Below, one piece after another: positions 21,372 through 32,375 of a stretch of DNA of 64,000 nucleotides; within the stretch, counting starts at the first letter, position 1; the number at the start of each line of letters is the position of its first letter. The notes under the pieces are model-generated. The model worked only from the letters and a program-made list of their open reading frames with translations. It was not told the DNA's origin and searched no databases. Origin of the DNA: Promethearchaeota archaeon (lineage in GTDB: Archaea > Asgardarchaeota > Lokiarchaeia > Sigyniarchaeales > SOKP01); assembly GCA_019057795.1 (NCBI GenBank), contig JAHLWS010000021.1, positions 32,001-96,000 on the forward strand, in the 5' to 3' direction. The translations under genes were made by a program, and so were the position numbers.

Positions 21372-22589
21372 ATGAAAGGAATTAAGTTTGTTTTTAATAA
21401 TCGCTCAAGAGAGCCATCAATTGAGAAAGAATCTACCGATTTTATGTCTATAGATACTATCCAAAAAGTCAGAAATTTCCACAAAAAGTTCTCTCAATAT
21501 CAACCAACGCCACTTCGTTCGTTAGATGGTTTAGCCAATAAATTTCATATAGATAAAATTTGGGTAAAAGACGAATCCTATAGGTTTGGATTGAATGCGT
21601 TCAAAGTTTTAGGAGGATCGTACGCAATTGGATTCTATCTTAGTCTTAAATTGGGTATTGATATTAGCGAACTGTCATTTGACGACTTAAAATCGCCCGA
21701 ATATAAAAAAAAAATTGGAGAATTAACTTTTGTAACGGCCACAGATGGAAACCACGGGCGAGGTGTTGCGTGGGCTGCTAGAGAACTTGACCAAAAAGCC
21801 ATCGTATTTATGCCTAAAGGCTCATCCAAGTTCCGCGTTAATAATATTAAAAAAGAAAACGCTGAAGTTATCGTTACGGACGAATATTACGATGAAACAG
21901 TAAAAATAGCTGCGAATTTTGCAATTGAAAATAATGGCGTTTTAATTCAAGATACTGCTTGGGAAGGATACACCAAAATTCCAACCTGGATAATGCAGGG
22001 TTATGCAACTCTAATTGACGAGGTTTTTGAACAGTTAAAAATTGAGGGAAGATCCACGCCTACTCACGTATTCCTACAAGCAGGGGTTGGATCTTTAGCT
22101 GCAGGTGTTCAAGGATATCTTATGACTAAAGTAGGCAAAGAAAGACCCATAACTATTGTAATCGAACCGCATAACGCTGCGTGTCTATATAAATCAGCAA
22201 AGATTGGTGATAATAATCCGCATTCGGTTAAAGGGAAATTATCAACGATCATGGCAGGACTTGCTTGTGGCAAACCTAGCATAATTGCCTGGGATGTTTT
22301 AAGAGATTACTCCGACGTCTTTATTTCTTGCTCAGATGATATTGCTGCTAAAGGTATGAGAATTTATGGTAATCCGCTACCAAACGACCCTCAAATAATT
22401 TCAGGAGAATCTGGAGCAGTTAGTTTAGGTTTAATGGCAGAAATACTTCAAAATAACAGTTACGGCGATCTTAAATCGAAAATGAATTTATCTAGCGAAT
22501 CTAGAATTCTACTTATTAGTACAGAAGGAGATACAGACCCAGATCATTATAGAAAAGTTGTGTGGGATGGAAAATATCCTTTATTATAG
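21372..22589 (+). CDS. dpaL: diaminopropionate ammonia-lyase
   Basis: KDESYRFGLNAFKVLGG, ATDGNHGRGVAW, QDTAWEGY, SGESGA, STEGDTDP. Confidence 0.93.
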   Translation: MKGIKFVFNNRSREPSIEKESTDFMSIDTIQKVRNFHKKFSQYQPTPLRSLDGLANKFHIDKIWVKDESYRFGLNAFKVLGGSYAIGFYLSLKLGIDISELSFDDLKSPEYKKKIGELTFVTATDGNHGRGVAWAARELDQKAIVFMPKGSSKFRVNNIKKENAEVIVTDEYYDETVKIAANFAIENNGVLIQDTAWEGYTKIPTWIMQGYATLIDEVFEQLKIEGRSTPTHVFLQAGVGSLAAGVQGYLMTKVGKERPITIVIEPHNAACLYKSAKIGDNNPHSVKGKLSTIMAGLACGKPSIIAWDVLRDYSDVFISCSDDIAAKGMRIYGNPLPNDPQIISGESGAVSLGLMAEILQNNSYGDLKSKMNLSSESRILLISTEGDTDPDHYRKVVWDGKYPLL

Positions 22590-22763
22590 GATTATAGTAA
22601 AAGTTCCAGAACTTGCACCTAAATCAAATACCAAAACGGTAAAAACTTTATTATCCATAATCACAATAAAATAATATTTTGAAAATTGATAATTTTTTAA
22701 GCAAATAGTATTTTATTAAAATTATTCAAAAGAAATTTTATTTCATTATACGATTATACGATA

Positions 22764-23018
22764 GTGATTAGAGTTATGACTGAAAATGAAACACGCTTCT
22801 GTCCTTACTGCGGCGTTAAGCTACAACGTCCTTATTGGGCCCACATCCAAAAAGAACATCCAGAAAAGTATACTCAAAAAGAAACATGGGTAAAATTGTT
22901 TGAAGATTATACAAAATTAGGAATGGACGAAGATATATCCTTAACAGTAATTTCTGAACTGTTTAACGCTACAAAAGAAGAAATAAAGTCTTTCTTAAAG
23001 AGTAGAAAAGTGCTTTAG
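22764..23018 (+). CDS. small C2H2-type zinc-finger protein
   Basis: CPYC...YWAHIQKEH followed by a helical domain. Confidence 0.7.
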   Translation: MIRVMTENETRFCPYCGVKLQRPYWAHIQKEHPEKYTQKETWVKLFEDYTKLGMDEDISLTVISELFNATKEEIKSFLKSRKVL

Positions 23019-23119
23019 TCTTATTTTTTAGTTGTGAGCTTTTGTTTTCTAATTAATATTTGAAAATAAAAATAAATAGAAAAATAGTAGTAAATATGTT
23101 AATTATACAACATTTTTAG

Positions 23120-23419
23120 TTAGAAATCTTCTTCGTCTTCTTCTAGTAGTCCCGATTGTTTTAATAGATCCTCAACACTATCTCTCATTTTCATTACTTG
23201 CTCGTTTTCTGAGAGTTTAAGGTTATCAATAACTGTGTCTGAGAATTCCATAAATTGCTTAATTGAGGCACTCGAAAATTCTTTAATTTTCTCTGAAGTT
23301 TCTTCAATAAAATCTTTACCACTTTCTCCAAAAGCCCCGCCAACGAAATCTACAAATGCTGTATTCAATTTATCTAAGATATTTTCCTTCTTCTCTTCTC
23401 CTTCTTCACTCATTGCCAA
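23120..23419 (-). CDS. acidic helical hypothetical protein
   Basis: Clean ORF with plausible composition; no family recognised. Confidence 0.65.
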   Translation of the reverse strand: MAMSEEGEEKKENILDKLNTAFVDFVGGAFGESGKDFIEETSEKIKEFSSASIKQFMEFSDTVIDNLKLSENEQVMKMRDSVEDLLKQSGLLEEDEEDF

Positions 23420-23604
23420 TTTACCTTTTTTAATTTAATTAACTTTTATTTCACTTTTATTTCATAAAATAAATTTACTTGCATTAAATAATTTTTTCAA
23501 ATTCTTATGTATATTTGTTATATGATTTTAATGACAACCATACCATTTTATGCGTTCTTATAAAAAATTTTGAAAGGTTAAAAATAAAAATTTTAAATAA
23601 TGCT

Positions 23605-24594
23605 TTAAAAATCAATATCTTGCCCAATTCCTTCTTTTAAGGCTCGATCATAAACTAGTTTTCCAACTGCTACATCTTGCGCGCTTATTCCTACAGATTT
23701 AAACACAGTTATCTCCGATTCAGAAGTTCGACTAGAAACCTTTCCGGTTATAATATTTCCTATCGAAATTATATCCTTTTCAGAAATAAGCCCTTCACTA
23801 ATAGGAATTATATAATCACCTGCTTCAGCTAAACAAGCTTCTTTTAATCCAGCTACAAGTAAAGAAGCTCTTTTTATTGTTGTAGAGTCTAATTCCCGAA
23901 CATCGGCGGCATGAGCACCAATAGAAGCGATATGCGTACCCTCAGCCACTTTATCTCCTGAAAATAAGGGAGTTGTGCTCGTAGTTGCTGCGACTATGAT
24001 GTCAGTATTAGACAGTAGGTCGTCTCCAGACTCGGCGATCTCAACTTCAATTCCTAATTCTTTTTCGATTTCGGTTTTAAAAGCTTCAGCAATATCTTTT
24101 TTAAAATCAAAAACTTTACATTTCTCTAATTTTTGGTTTAATCCGTAATAAACACCCTCTACTTGCTTTCTTGCTTGAACGCCTGCGCTATAAATACCCA
24201 TTGTAGTACTATTTTTTCGCGCTAAGTATTTTACAGAGACACCAGTTGCTGCCCCGGTTCGTATTGCCGTAATAAGACCTCCATCCATAATTCCAACGAT
24301 ATCTCCCGTATTTATGTCTTGAATCATAATCTTTGCTAAAACAGTCGGCATGTTATACTTTTCTGGGTTTTGTTTATACACCGAAACAATTTTAGTTGCT
24401 AGAGCGCTCATATCGCCTCCAATGATGCCCGGCATTATCAATGTTAATCCTGGAGCTGGATCTGTAATAGCAATTCGTTGAGGAACAAAGGCATTTCCTA
24501 AAGTTAATTGTTTATAAGCTTCTTCGACGTATTTTAACGCGTCTGACATGTTTAGCAACTGAGCTACATTTTCCTTGGTTAATATCCTTACCAT
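23605..24594 (-). CDS. ornithine cyclodeaminase/mu-crystallin family (archaeal alanine dehydrogenase-like)
   Basis: MPG, KIVSVY..N, TAIRTGAA, GAH...RELD, FKSVGISAQD. Confidence 0.9.
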   Translation of the reverse strand: MVRILTKENVAQLLNMSDALKYVEEAYKQLTLGNAFVPQRIAITDPAPGLTLIMPGIIGGDMSALATKIVSVYKQNPEKYNMPTVLAKIMIQDINTGDIVGIMDGGLITAIRTGAATGVSVKYLARKNSTTMGIYSAGVQARKQVEGVYYGLNQKLEKCKVFDFKKDIAEAFKTEIEKELGIEVEIAESGDDLLSNTDIIVAATTSTTPLFSGDKVAEGTHIASIGAHAADVRELDSTTIKRASLLVAGLKEACLAEAGDYIIPISEGLISEKDIISIGNIITGKVSSRTSESEITVFKSVGISAQDVAVGKLVYDRALKEGIGQDIDF

Positions 24595-24712
24595 TTTTAA
24601 AAATTCAACTCTTTTTGATTGATATATTAATGAAAATATTATTCGGGAACTATTAAATTAATATATTTAAATTTTAAAAGCATCAAATATTTTTTGTTAT
24701 AAGTGAAGATTT

Positions 24713-26194
24713 ATGAGCAGAGATCATTTCCTACAAGGATTTTTAAATCCTAAAAGCGTCGCTTTTTATGGCGCTAATAATAAAGGTGGTTCTTTAGCAG
24801 CAATTCAAATCATGAACCTAATAAAAGCCGAGTACAGCGGGAACGTATATCCAATCCATCTTAAACTAGATACCGTTATGGGGTTTAAAGCTTATAAAAC
24901 GCTTTCCGAAGTTCCTAAAGTTCCTGATCTTGTTGTTATTGTACTTAATTCCAAAATGGTCCCTCAAATTTTTAGAGAGTGTGGAGAAAAGGGTGTGAAT
25001 AAAATAATTCTGATATCTGGGGGCTTTCGTGAATTAATTGACGACCGTAAAAACACGCTTACAGAAGAAATTAACGAAATTGCTAAAAATTATGGGATAC
25101 GGTTTATTGGTCCAAATTGCTTAGGTTTGTTCAACAATTGGTTCGAACCTAGTAATAAAAGGAGTTCCTTTAATATTGCCATATGGGAACGTTTAAAGAA
25201 AGGAAATTTTTCAATAGCTTCCCAAAGTGGAACCTTGTCTTCTCACATTTGGTTTGACCCCGAAAGCTTAGATTTAGGACTAAGTAAATCCTTATCGGTT
25301 GGAAACGAAGCTAATATTGATCTCGTAGATTGCTTACAATATTATAAAGATGATAAAGAAACTGAAGTAATCGGACTATACATCGAAGAATTAAAGCGTG
25401 GAAAAGAATTCTTAGAATTAGCAAGGGAAACAACCCCTAACAAACCGATTATCGCGATTTATGTAGGGGGATCTCAGGGAGGGAATCGCGCTTTACAAAG
25501 CCATACAGGATCAATAGCGGGTGATTCTAAAATATATAACGCCGTTTTTAAAGAAACTGGTATTATTAGTACTGATTACGTTCAAGAATTTTTAGATATT
25601 GCTTTAATACTATCAAACGGGATTATACCAAAGGGTAATCGAATAGGTATTATAACTAATTCTGGAGGTCCAGGGGCTATGATTGCAAATAACGCCGAAA
25701 AGCACGGTTTAATCGTTCCAGAACTTTCAGAACCGCTCCAAAAGGAATTAAAAGCTAAGTTGCCTTCAACAGCTAGTTTTAAAAATCCTGTGGATTGCAC
25801 GTTCGATATGAATCTTCCCTACTTTTATATAACTCTTCCAGAAATGTTAATGAAATCCGGCGAAATAGATGCTATTTTCCAGTATGGCGTAGTTGGATTT
25901 CAAGATGTAATGGACGATTATCTTAAAAACGAAAAAATTGCAAAATACGCGGAATTCCAACATCAATCGGAAGAATTTATGGACAATTTAGCTGAAAAAT
26001 TGCTCCAGCCAACCATGAAGAACTGTCAAAAGTATTCTGTTCCGATATTATACATTAATCCAATGAGTTTTACTAGTCCGTGGTCAAAGAGACTAAGGAA
26101 GAACGGAGCTTTACTTTTTAAGTTATGGGATCGTCCTGTTAACGCCTTGGCAAAAGTATGCGAATACGTTAATTACAAGCAAAAAATTAAATGA
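24713..26194 (+). CDS. NDP-forming acyl-CoA synthetase alpha subunit (CoA-binding)
   Basis: GPNCLG, SQSG, SVGNEANID, SHTGS, NSGGPG, NPVD. Confidence 0.9.
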   Translation: MSRDHFLQGFLNPKSVAFYGANNKGGSLAAIQIMNLIKAEYSGNVYPIHLKLDTVMGFKAYKTLSEVPKVPDLVVIVLNSKMVPQIFRECGEKGVNKIILISGGFRELIDDRKNTLTEEINEIAKNYGIRFIGPNCLGLFNNWFEPSNKRSSFNIAIWERLKKGNFSIASQSGTLSSHIWFDPESLDLGLSKSLSVGNEANIDLVDCLQYYKDDKETEVIGLYIEELKRGKEFLELARETTPNKPIIAIYVGGSQGGNRALQSHTGSIAGDSKIYNAVFKETGIISTDYVQEFLDIALILSNGIIPKGNRIGIITNSGGPGAMIANNAEKHGLIVPELSEPLQKELKAKLPSTASFKNPVDCTFDMNLPYFYITLPEMLMKSGEIDAIFQYGVVGFQDVMDDYLKNEKIAKYAEFQHQSEEFMDNLAEKLLQPTMKNCQKYSVPILYINPMSFTSPWSKRLRKNGALLFKLWDRPVNALAKVCEYVNYKQKIK

Positions 26195-26195
26195 C

Positions 26196-27443
26196 TTACA
26201 ATATATCTTTTGATATAGATAAAGCACAATGATTCCCGCACATAGTGCAAATCTCTTCATTATCTAAATGTCTTTTTTTTGGTTCGTCAGGGTCTATACA
26301 ATATTCAAATTGTTTTTTTCAGTTCTTTAAGAATCGATTCTTTGAGAGCTCTAAATCGTTGTTAAATAGATCGTTCAACCCAAATTTCATAGAGTCACCG
26401 ACATGGGCAGCAATTTTACAAGCAATTAATCCATTTTTAATATCATCAAGAGAAGGTAGACAAAGGTGTTCCGCTGGTGTGATTGCACATATGTAATCTG
26501 CACCAAAACCAGAGGCAAATGCTCCCCCGATCGCCGCAGCAATATGATCGTGACCTGTGGCGATATCAATGGGAAGTGGACCTGAAACAAATAACGGCCG
26601 ATTATTGGTTAATTTTTTATGTAGTTTTACCCATTTAATTATGTCTTTTGCGTTTATATGACCTCCCAAACTTTCTAATATTACTTGAAGACCGGCTTTG
26701 TTTGCTATTTTGGCTAACTTATTATTTGTTTTTATTTCTGAGAGTTGAAATTCATCCACTTTATCGTGAATGCATCCACTTCTCAATGCATTTCCTAGGT
26801 TTATTACAATGTCGTATTCTTTAATTAGTTCGAGAATGTGTCCAAAATTTTGTAGAAACGGGTTTTCAATATTGTTAGATTTCATTACAGAGGCCGTTAA
26901 ACTACCTCCTTTTGAAACTATTTTCATTATTCTTTTTCCTTTCATTTTATTCAGAGTTTCAAGGCTAAAACCAGTATGTATAACGATGGAACTAATTCCG
27001 TCTTTTATTTGCTTTTCGATTACTTTGAAAATCATATCTTCTGAAACATTTGAAACAGAATCTGCTTCAATAATAGCTTGATAAATTGGAACGGTGGTTA
27101 TAGGAATGCTTGAAATCTCTAAAACTCTCTTTCTAATCGCGTCAATATCACCTCCCATCGAGAGATCAGACAAAGTATCAGCTCCATATTTCTGAGCAAT
27201 TTCTACTTTTTTAAATTCTTCACTTAAGTTTATAGCCGAAGAGGATGTACCAAAATTAACGTTAATCTTTGTTCGCAAAGGGAAACCTATACCCACAGGT
27301 TTAAAACTCTCCCTCTTCATTATAACCACCTCTCCTTTTGAGATCTTTTTCATAAGTTTCCTAACATCAACTCTTTCGATCTCGGCTATGTGGAGCATTT
27401 CTTTAGTAATATTGCCTTTTAAGGCTTCCTCGAAAATTGTCAT
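26196..27443 (-). CDS. thiC: phosphomethylpyrimidine synthase ThiC (or a Bza paralogue) with an in-frame TGA at 26319-26321
   Basis: TKINVNFGTS, GADT.SDLS.GG, TVPIYQ, GHDHIAAAIG, TPAEHL; the frame continues past TGA as KKQFEYCIDP...CTMCGNHC (Fe-S motif) to TAA at 26196. Confidence 0.85.
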
Positions 27444-27605
27444 TATCTCGAAATTATTTCCGTTTAGATTATATAAGGTAGTAATGAAAAAAATTCAATT
27501 AAAATTTACTATTAAAATAAAACGAGTATATTTCAAATTGCTACATCCAATATTAAGTCATTTATAGAACTTAATTTGTCAAATGTTTATGTATTTGCAT
27601 TTCCA

Positions 27606-27667
27606 TTTACTTAAATGTAAATATTTAAATACAAATGAAATATAGAGCTAATTTACATTTAAGTAAA
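27606..27667. promoter_or_regulatory. pair of 17-bp inverted operator-like sites (TTTAC-N6-GTAAA) flanking a TATA-like element
   Basis: TTTACTTAAATGTAAAT (27606-27622) and its exact reverse complement (27651-27667). Confidence 0.6.
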
Positions 27668-27699
27668 AATCATATTTCTTAGATGAAAAAAAAATAAAG

Positions 27700-28035
27700 G
27701 TGAAAAATATGCCGTATGTGTTTACATATAGTTTAATACCAGCTCATAAAACAATTAAATCAGCGGAAATATTTTTAAAAGAGAGGAAAGACGAGCGAGC
27801 TGCTGTGAGACCATTAGCTAAAGAAATTATACCAAATGCTGTAAAGGCTACTATGGATGGTATTGAAGTCATTAGCGTTCACGATGTAAAAGAAGGAAAA
27901 TTAGAGGAATTTCTAAATTTACAACAAAAATTAATGGTTGCGTACCATGACATAGAAGGGTTTAAATATAACATCGAAGTTCGGTTCAAAATAACAGAAG
28001 CACTAGAAATGGTCGGAATGAAGATGCCTGAGTAG
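27700..28035 (+). CDS. hypothetical protein (Lokiarchaeal small alpha/beta family)
   Basis: Clean ORF; VKEGKLEE...IEGFKYNIEV pattern. Confidence 0.7.
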   Translation: MKNMPYVFTYSLIPAHKTIKSAEIFLKERKDERAAVRPLAKEIIPNAVKATMDGIEVISVHDVKEGKLEEFLNLQQKLMVAYHDIEGFKYNIEVRFKITEALEMVGMKMPE

Positions 28036-28268
28036 TACTTTAATAATTAATATTATTTAATTTTACTTTTTTTTTATAGAATATTTTTGTTGAAAATCCC
28101 TTAAATACAAAAGTGAAAACAACAATTTTTTTCTATTTTAATTGGAAGAAGCACTTATATATTGCAATTCAGAAAGATTTAATAGAAAATCTGTAGTTAT
28201 AGAAATATTCAATTTTTAAAAAAAATAATTTAAATAAAATCCAAATAAAAAAGAAGAGTCGTTAAATT

Positions 28269-30254
28269 ATGAGCGATGATAGAAAAAAACTCTGGGAACC
28301 TTCAGATGAGTGGATTAAGAATGCAGAAATCACTCGTTTTATTGAATTTGTCAATAAAGAATACGGTCAAGATATTAAAGGCGGGAAAGACCTTTATAAA
28401 TGGTCGGTAACTAAAATTCCCGACTTTTGGGAGGCTGTGTGGAAATTTACGGATATTATTTCTTCTAAACCTTATGATAAAGTTGTTGAGGACTTAAAAG
28501 TTTTCCCTGGGACCAATTGGTTTCCTGGATGCCTTCTTAACTTTGCAGAGAACCTTTTAAAGTATAAAGATGATCAATTGGCTTTTGTATTTCAAGGAGA
28601 AACTAAAGTTACTAAACAAATGACATATGCCGAGCTAAACAAAACTGTAGCTCGTTTGGCAAAATCTCTTAAAGAAATGGGAGTTAAAGTAGGTGATAGA
28701 GTAGTTTCATATATCCCAAATCTTATTGAAACACCAATAGCTATGCTTGCGGCTACTGCAATAGGGGCCACATGGGCTTCTTGTGGAGCAGAATTACAAC
28801 CAAGCGCAGTCATCGATAGATTCGGGCAAATTGAACCCAAAGCCCTCTTTACAGTTGATGGATATTATTACAGGGATAAAAAATTCAATATTAGTGAGAA
28901 TGCCAAAGTTGTTGTAGATGCCATTCCTTCTATAGAAAAAGTAGTGGTGGTATCCTATATATCTGATAAAGCAGATGTTAGTGGAATTCCTAAAGCGGTA
29001 AATTGGGAGGAATTTATTTCAAAAGACGACGATCATGCTCTCGAATTTGAGCAATTACCTTTTGATCACCCATTATATGTGATGTTTTCATCCGGAACAA
29101 CGGGAAAACCTAAATGTATGGTTCAAGGCGCTGGTGGCGTATTGATCAATCATTTAAAAGAATTAATCTTATCTACTGATGTAAAAAGAAGCGATGTCAT
29201 TAATTATATTACGGCACCCTCTTGGATGATGTGGAACTGGCTTATCAGTGCCTTAGCCACGGGTGCAACAATATTCTTGTATGATGGTAATCCGCTATTT
29301 CCAGAACCATTAAGGTTTTTTGAATTAATAGAAAAACATAAGGTAACTATATTTGGTACTAGTGCTGCGTATATTCATTACCTAATGGGGCTTGGGGTAA
29401 AACCTGCTGAGAAATACGACCTAAGTGCATTAAGAGAGATCTCGCAAACCGCATCTACATTATCTCCTGAAGGTTTTGAATATGTCTATCGAGAGATTAA
29501 AAAAGATCTCTTTTTCAATTCAATTAGTGGCGGAACAGATATTAACGGTTGTTTTGCTGGAGCGATACCTATTTTACCGGTATATTCTGGAGAATTGCAA
29601 GGGCGTGCATTAGGTATGAAAGTAGAATCGTATTCTGGGAAAGCTGAACCTATCGAAGATGAACAAGCTGAACTAGTATGTGAAGCTCCCACACCTTCGA
29701 TGCCAACCTATTTCTGGGGCGATGACGATAACATGACAAAATATAAAGCTGCCTATTTTGACTATTATAAAGACATAGGAAAAATGGTTTGGAGACATGG
29801 CGATTATATAGTCATTCATAGCGATACAGGCGGTATTACCTTCTGGGGTCGATCGGACGCAGTTTTAAAACCTTCTGGAGTGCGAATTGGTACTGCAGAA
29901 ATCTATAATGTTGTAGAACAATTACCTGAGATCGCTGATAGTCTTGTTATAGGTCAAAAATGGGAAGGAGATGTACGCATTATAATGTTTGTTCTCTTGA
30001 ATGAGGGTTACGGATTAACTGACGCTTTACAAGCCAAGATTAGGACAACATTGCGTGAAAAGACATCCCCAAGGCATGTGCCAAAATTAATCTTTAAAGC
30101 ACCCGAAGATGGCATTCCTTATACTTTCAGCAACAAGAAAGTCGAAATTGCCGTGACAAAGATCATTCACGGTATGGAAGTGGCCAACCGAAGCGCATTA
30201 AGGAATCCCACATCTTTAGATTACTATATGGAAATGAAAGACAAGTTAAATTAA
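28269..30254 (+). CDS. acetoacetyl-CoA synthetase
   Basis: LNFAENLL, FSSGTTGKPKC, SISGGTDI, WRHGD, GRSDAVLKPSGVRIGTAEIY. Confidence 0.93.
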   Translation: MSDDRKKLWEPSDEWIKNAEITRFIEFVNKEYGQDIKGGKDLYKWSVTKIPDFWEAVWKFTDIISSKPYDKVVEDLKVFPGTNWFPGCLLNFAENLLKYKDDQLAFVFQGETKVTKQMTYAELNKTVARLAKSLKEMGVKVGDRVVSYIPNLIETPIAMLAATAIGATWASCGAELQPSAVIDRFGQIEPKALFTVDGYYYRDKKFNISENAKVVVDAIPSIEKVVVVSYISDKADVSGIPKAVNWEEFISKDDDHALEFEQLPFDHPLYVMFSSGTTGKPKCMVQGAGGVLINHLKELILSTDVKRSDVINYITAPSWMMWNWLISALATGATIFLYDGNPLFPEPLRFFELIEKHKVTIFGTSAAYIHYLMGLGVKPAEKYDLSALREISQTASTLSPEGFEYVYREIKKDLFFNSISGGTDINGCFAGAIPILPVYSGELQGRALGMKVESYSGKAEPIEDEQAELVCEAPTPSMPTYFWGDDDNMTKYKAAYFDYYKDIGKMVWRHGDYIVIHSDTGGITFWGRSDAVLKPSGVRIGTAEIYNVVEQLPEIADSLVIGQKWEGDVRIIMFVLLNEGYGLTDALQAKIRTTLREKTSPRHVPKLIFKAPEDGIPYTFSNKKVEIAVTKIIHGMEVANRSALRNPTSLDYYMEMKDKLN

Positions 30255-30335
30255 AACAATAAATTTTATTATTATTATTATTCTTTATAATTTTGATTAT
30301 AGAAAATCCATCATCTTCTTTCGTACAATTAATCT

Positions 30336-31997
30336 TTAATTATTATAGATCTCTTTAAATTGTATTCTAATTACTTTCTTATTTAACTTACCTACGCTGG
30401 TCCTAGGGATAGAGTCCACAAATATGATCTTGTTTGGTATTTGCCATTTAGCAAAATTCTTGGTGAGATATTGGCGAAGTTCTTTTTCAGCAATTGATTT
30501 AAAGCCTTCCCGTAGAACAACTAAAGCTAAAGGTCTTTCCTCCCATTTTGGATGTGGTAATCCTACTACGGCAGCTTCAAGTACGCCTTTATGAGACATT
30601 AACGTATTTTCCATATCAATTGAACTAATCCATTCTCCACCGCTTTTAATAACATCTTTAATCCTATCTGTTATCTTTAGATATCCTTCAGAATCAATAC
30701 AACCAGCATCACCAGTTCTAAAAAATCCATCTGGTGTAAAACTATCCTTAGTTCGATCCGAGTTATAATAGCACCTGGTAATCCAAGGACCACGTATAAG
30801 CACTTCTCCAGAAGACTTCCCATCGCTAGGAAGCTCATTACCCATCTCATCTAATACTTTAATGTCTATACCTGAATTAATGGTACCTTGCTTTTTCTTA
30901 AGTTCCCAAAGATCCTCTTCAGAAAGTTCTTTTTTAAGCCAGGGTTTGAAATAATTTAGGGTGACAATTGCTAACCCTTCTGTAGAACCATAAGTATGTA
31001 CAATTTCTCCACCAGTATCGTCCCAGAAACCTCGCATTAGAGTTATTGGGGGTTCAGATCCTCCGCAGAGGAAACGAGCACCGGTTAAATCTGGTTTTTC
31101 GTCCATTTTTCTGATTATTTCATGCATTGCCATCAAAACGGTCGGTACTGCAGCTGATATAGTTACTTTTTCTTTAACCATCAGATTGGTAAGTTCTTTT
31201 AGATCTTGTAAGCCCCACTTGCCCGAGAAAATTAATTTAGCCCCTGCATATGCTGAAGCTTGAGGTATCGACCAACCAAGGACATGGAACATGGGAACCA
31301 TTTGAAAAACAACATCATTCACTGATATAGAGAATTTAGCAGTAAACATTAAGGCATGAATATATACTTCTCGGTGAGAGTAATATACACCTTTTGGTTT
31401 TCCAGTAGTACCTGTTGTATAACACGCTGCATACGAAGAATTTTCATCTAAGTAAGGCCATTCATATTTCGGTGAGGCATTATTCACAAGTTCTTCATAG
31501 CTATAAATTGGGTTAAGATCAGTTCTTATATCACTTAAATCCTTTTCAGTAATAATTATGTACCCTTTTATTTCCTTGCATAAAGCAGCTACAGATTCAG
31601 CTACACTAATCAGATCTTCATCAACAATGATATATTTTGCACCAGAATGATTTATTACGTAAGATAATTCCTCAGGAATAAGGTTTAGATTCAAAGAAAC
31701 CATAACAGCCCCCATTCCAGGGAGGCCATAATAAATCTCAAAATGCTGATGGTGATTCCAAGCAATAACTCCAACTCTATCACCAACTTTTATACCAATA
31801 GAGTCTAACGCATTTGCTAATCTTTGCATTCTTTCATATGAATCCTTATAGGTATACTGAAATAAGTTCCCATCACTTTTTCTTGTAATGATTTCTTGTT
31901 TCGCGAAATTTCTTATACCCTGCCGCATATGGTTTATAACATTAAGCTGGTAATTTTTTTCTTGCTCAACCATAAAACCTTTAACAATCTTCCTCAT
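30336..31997 (-). CDS. fatty-acid--CoA ligase (AlkK-like)
   Basis: YTTGTTGKPKG, FRTGD, DRIKDVIKSGGEWISS, HPKWEERP, TSVGK. Confidence 0.92.
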   Translation of the reverse strand: MRKIVKGFMVEQEKNYQLNVINHMRQGIRNFAKQEIITRKSDGNLFQYTYKDSYERMQRLANALDSIGIKVGDRVGVIAWNHHQHFEIYYGLPGMGAVMVSLNLNLIPEELSYVINHSGAKYIIVDEDLISVAESVAALCKEIKGYIIITEKDLSDIRTDLNPIYSYEELVNNASPKYEWPYLDENSSYAACYTTGTTGKPKGVYYSHREVYIHALMFTAKFSISVNDVVFQMVPMFHVLGWSIPQASAYAGAKLIFSGKWGLQDLKELTNLMVKEKVTISAAVPTVLMAMHEIIRKMDEKPDLTGARFLCGGSEPPITLMRGFWDDTGGEIVHTYGSTEGLAIVTLNYFKPWLKKELSEEDLWELKKKQGTINSGIDIKVLDEMGNELPSDGKSSGEVLIRGPWITRCYYNSDRTKDSFTPDGFFRTGDAGCIDSEGYLKITDRIKDVIKSGGEWISSIDMENTLMSHKGVLEAAVVGLPHPKWEERPLALVVLREGFKSIAEKELRQYLTKNFAKWQIPNKIIFVDSIPRTSVGKLNKKVIRIQFKEIYNN

Positions 31998-32180
31998 TCA
32001 ATCTCTCTCCTTTTTATTTATTATTAATTTTCTCCAGGCGTATTTTTCGTTTGACAGATATTTTTTTTAATTTCATACTGTTACAAAAAAAAAAGAAATA
32101 TACATCAAAAAGTAAAAAATATAAGACTCTTTAACCATAAGTATATTGAATTACTTAAAAATTTAAAAATGTAGTGAATT

Positions 32181-32375
32181 ATGACTTTAAAACCTATCAA
32201 AGAAGAAATAATTAATCTTATACAAGGGTTACCTGATGATGCAACATTGGAGGATATTCAATATCATCTATTTGTAAAACAAAAGCTCTTAAGAGCTGAG
32301 GAACAAATAAAAGAAGGAAAAACTATTCCCCATGAAGAAGTCATGGAAAAGGCTAAGACGAAATGGTTCAAATAG
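32181..32375 (+). CDS. putative antitoxin of a RelE/ParE pair
   Basis: LPDDATLEDIQYHL...GKTIPHEEV; overlaps the toxin start. Confidence 0.8.
   Translation: MTLKPIKEEIINLIQGLPDDATLEDIQYHLFVKQKLLRAEEQIKEGKTIPHEEVMEKAKTKWFK

Noticed and set aside
26319-26321. Selenocysteine codon in thiC
   Set aside because: It aligns to a conserved Trp, not Cys, and no SECIS-like element was recognised.
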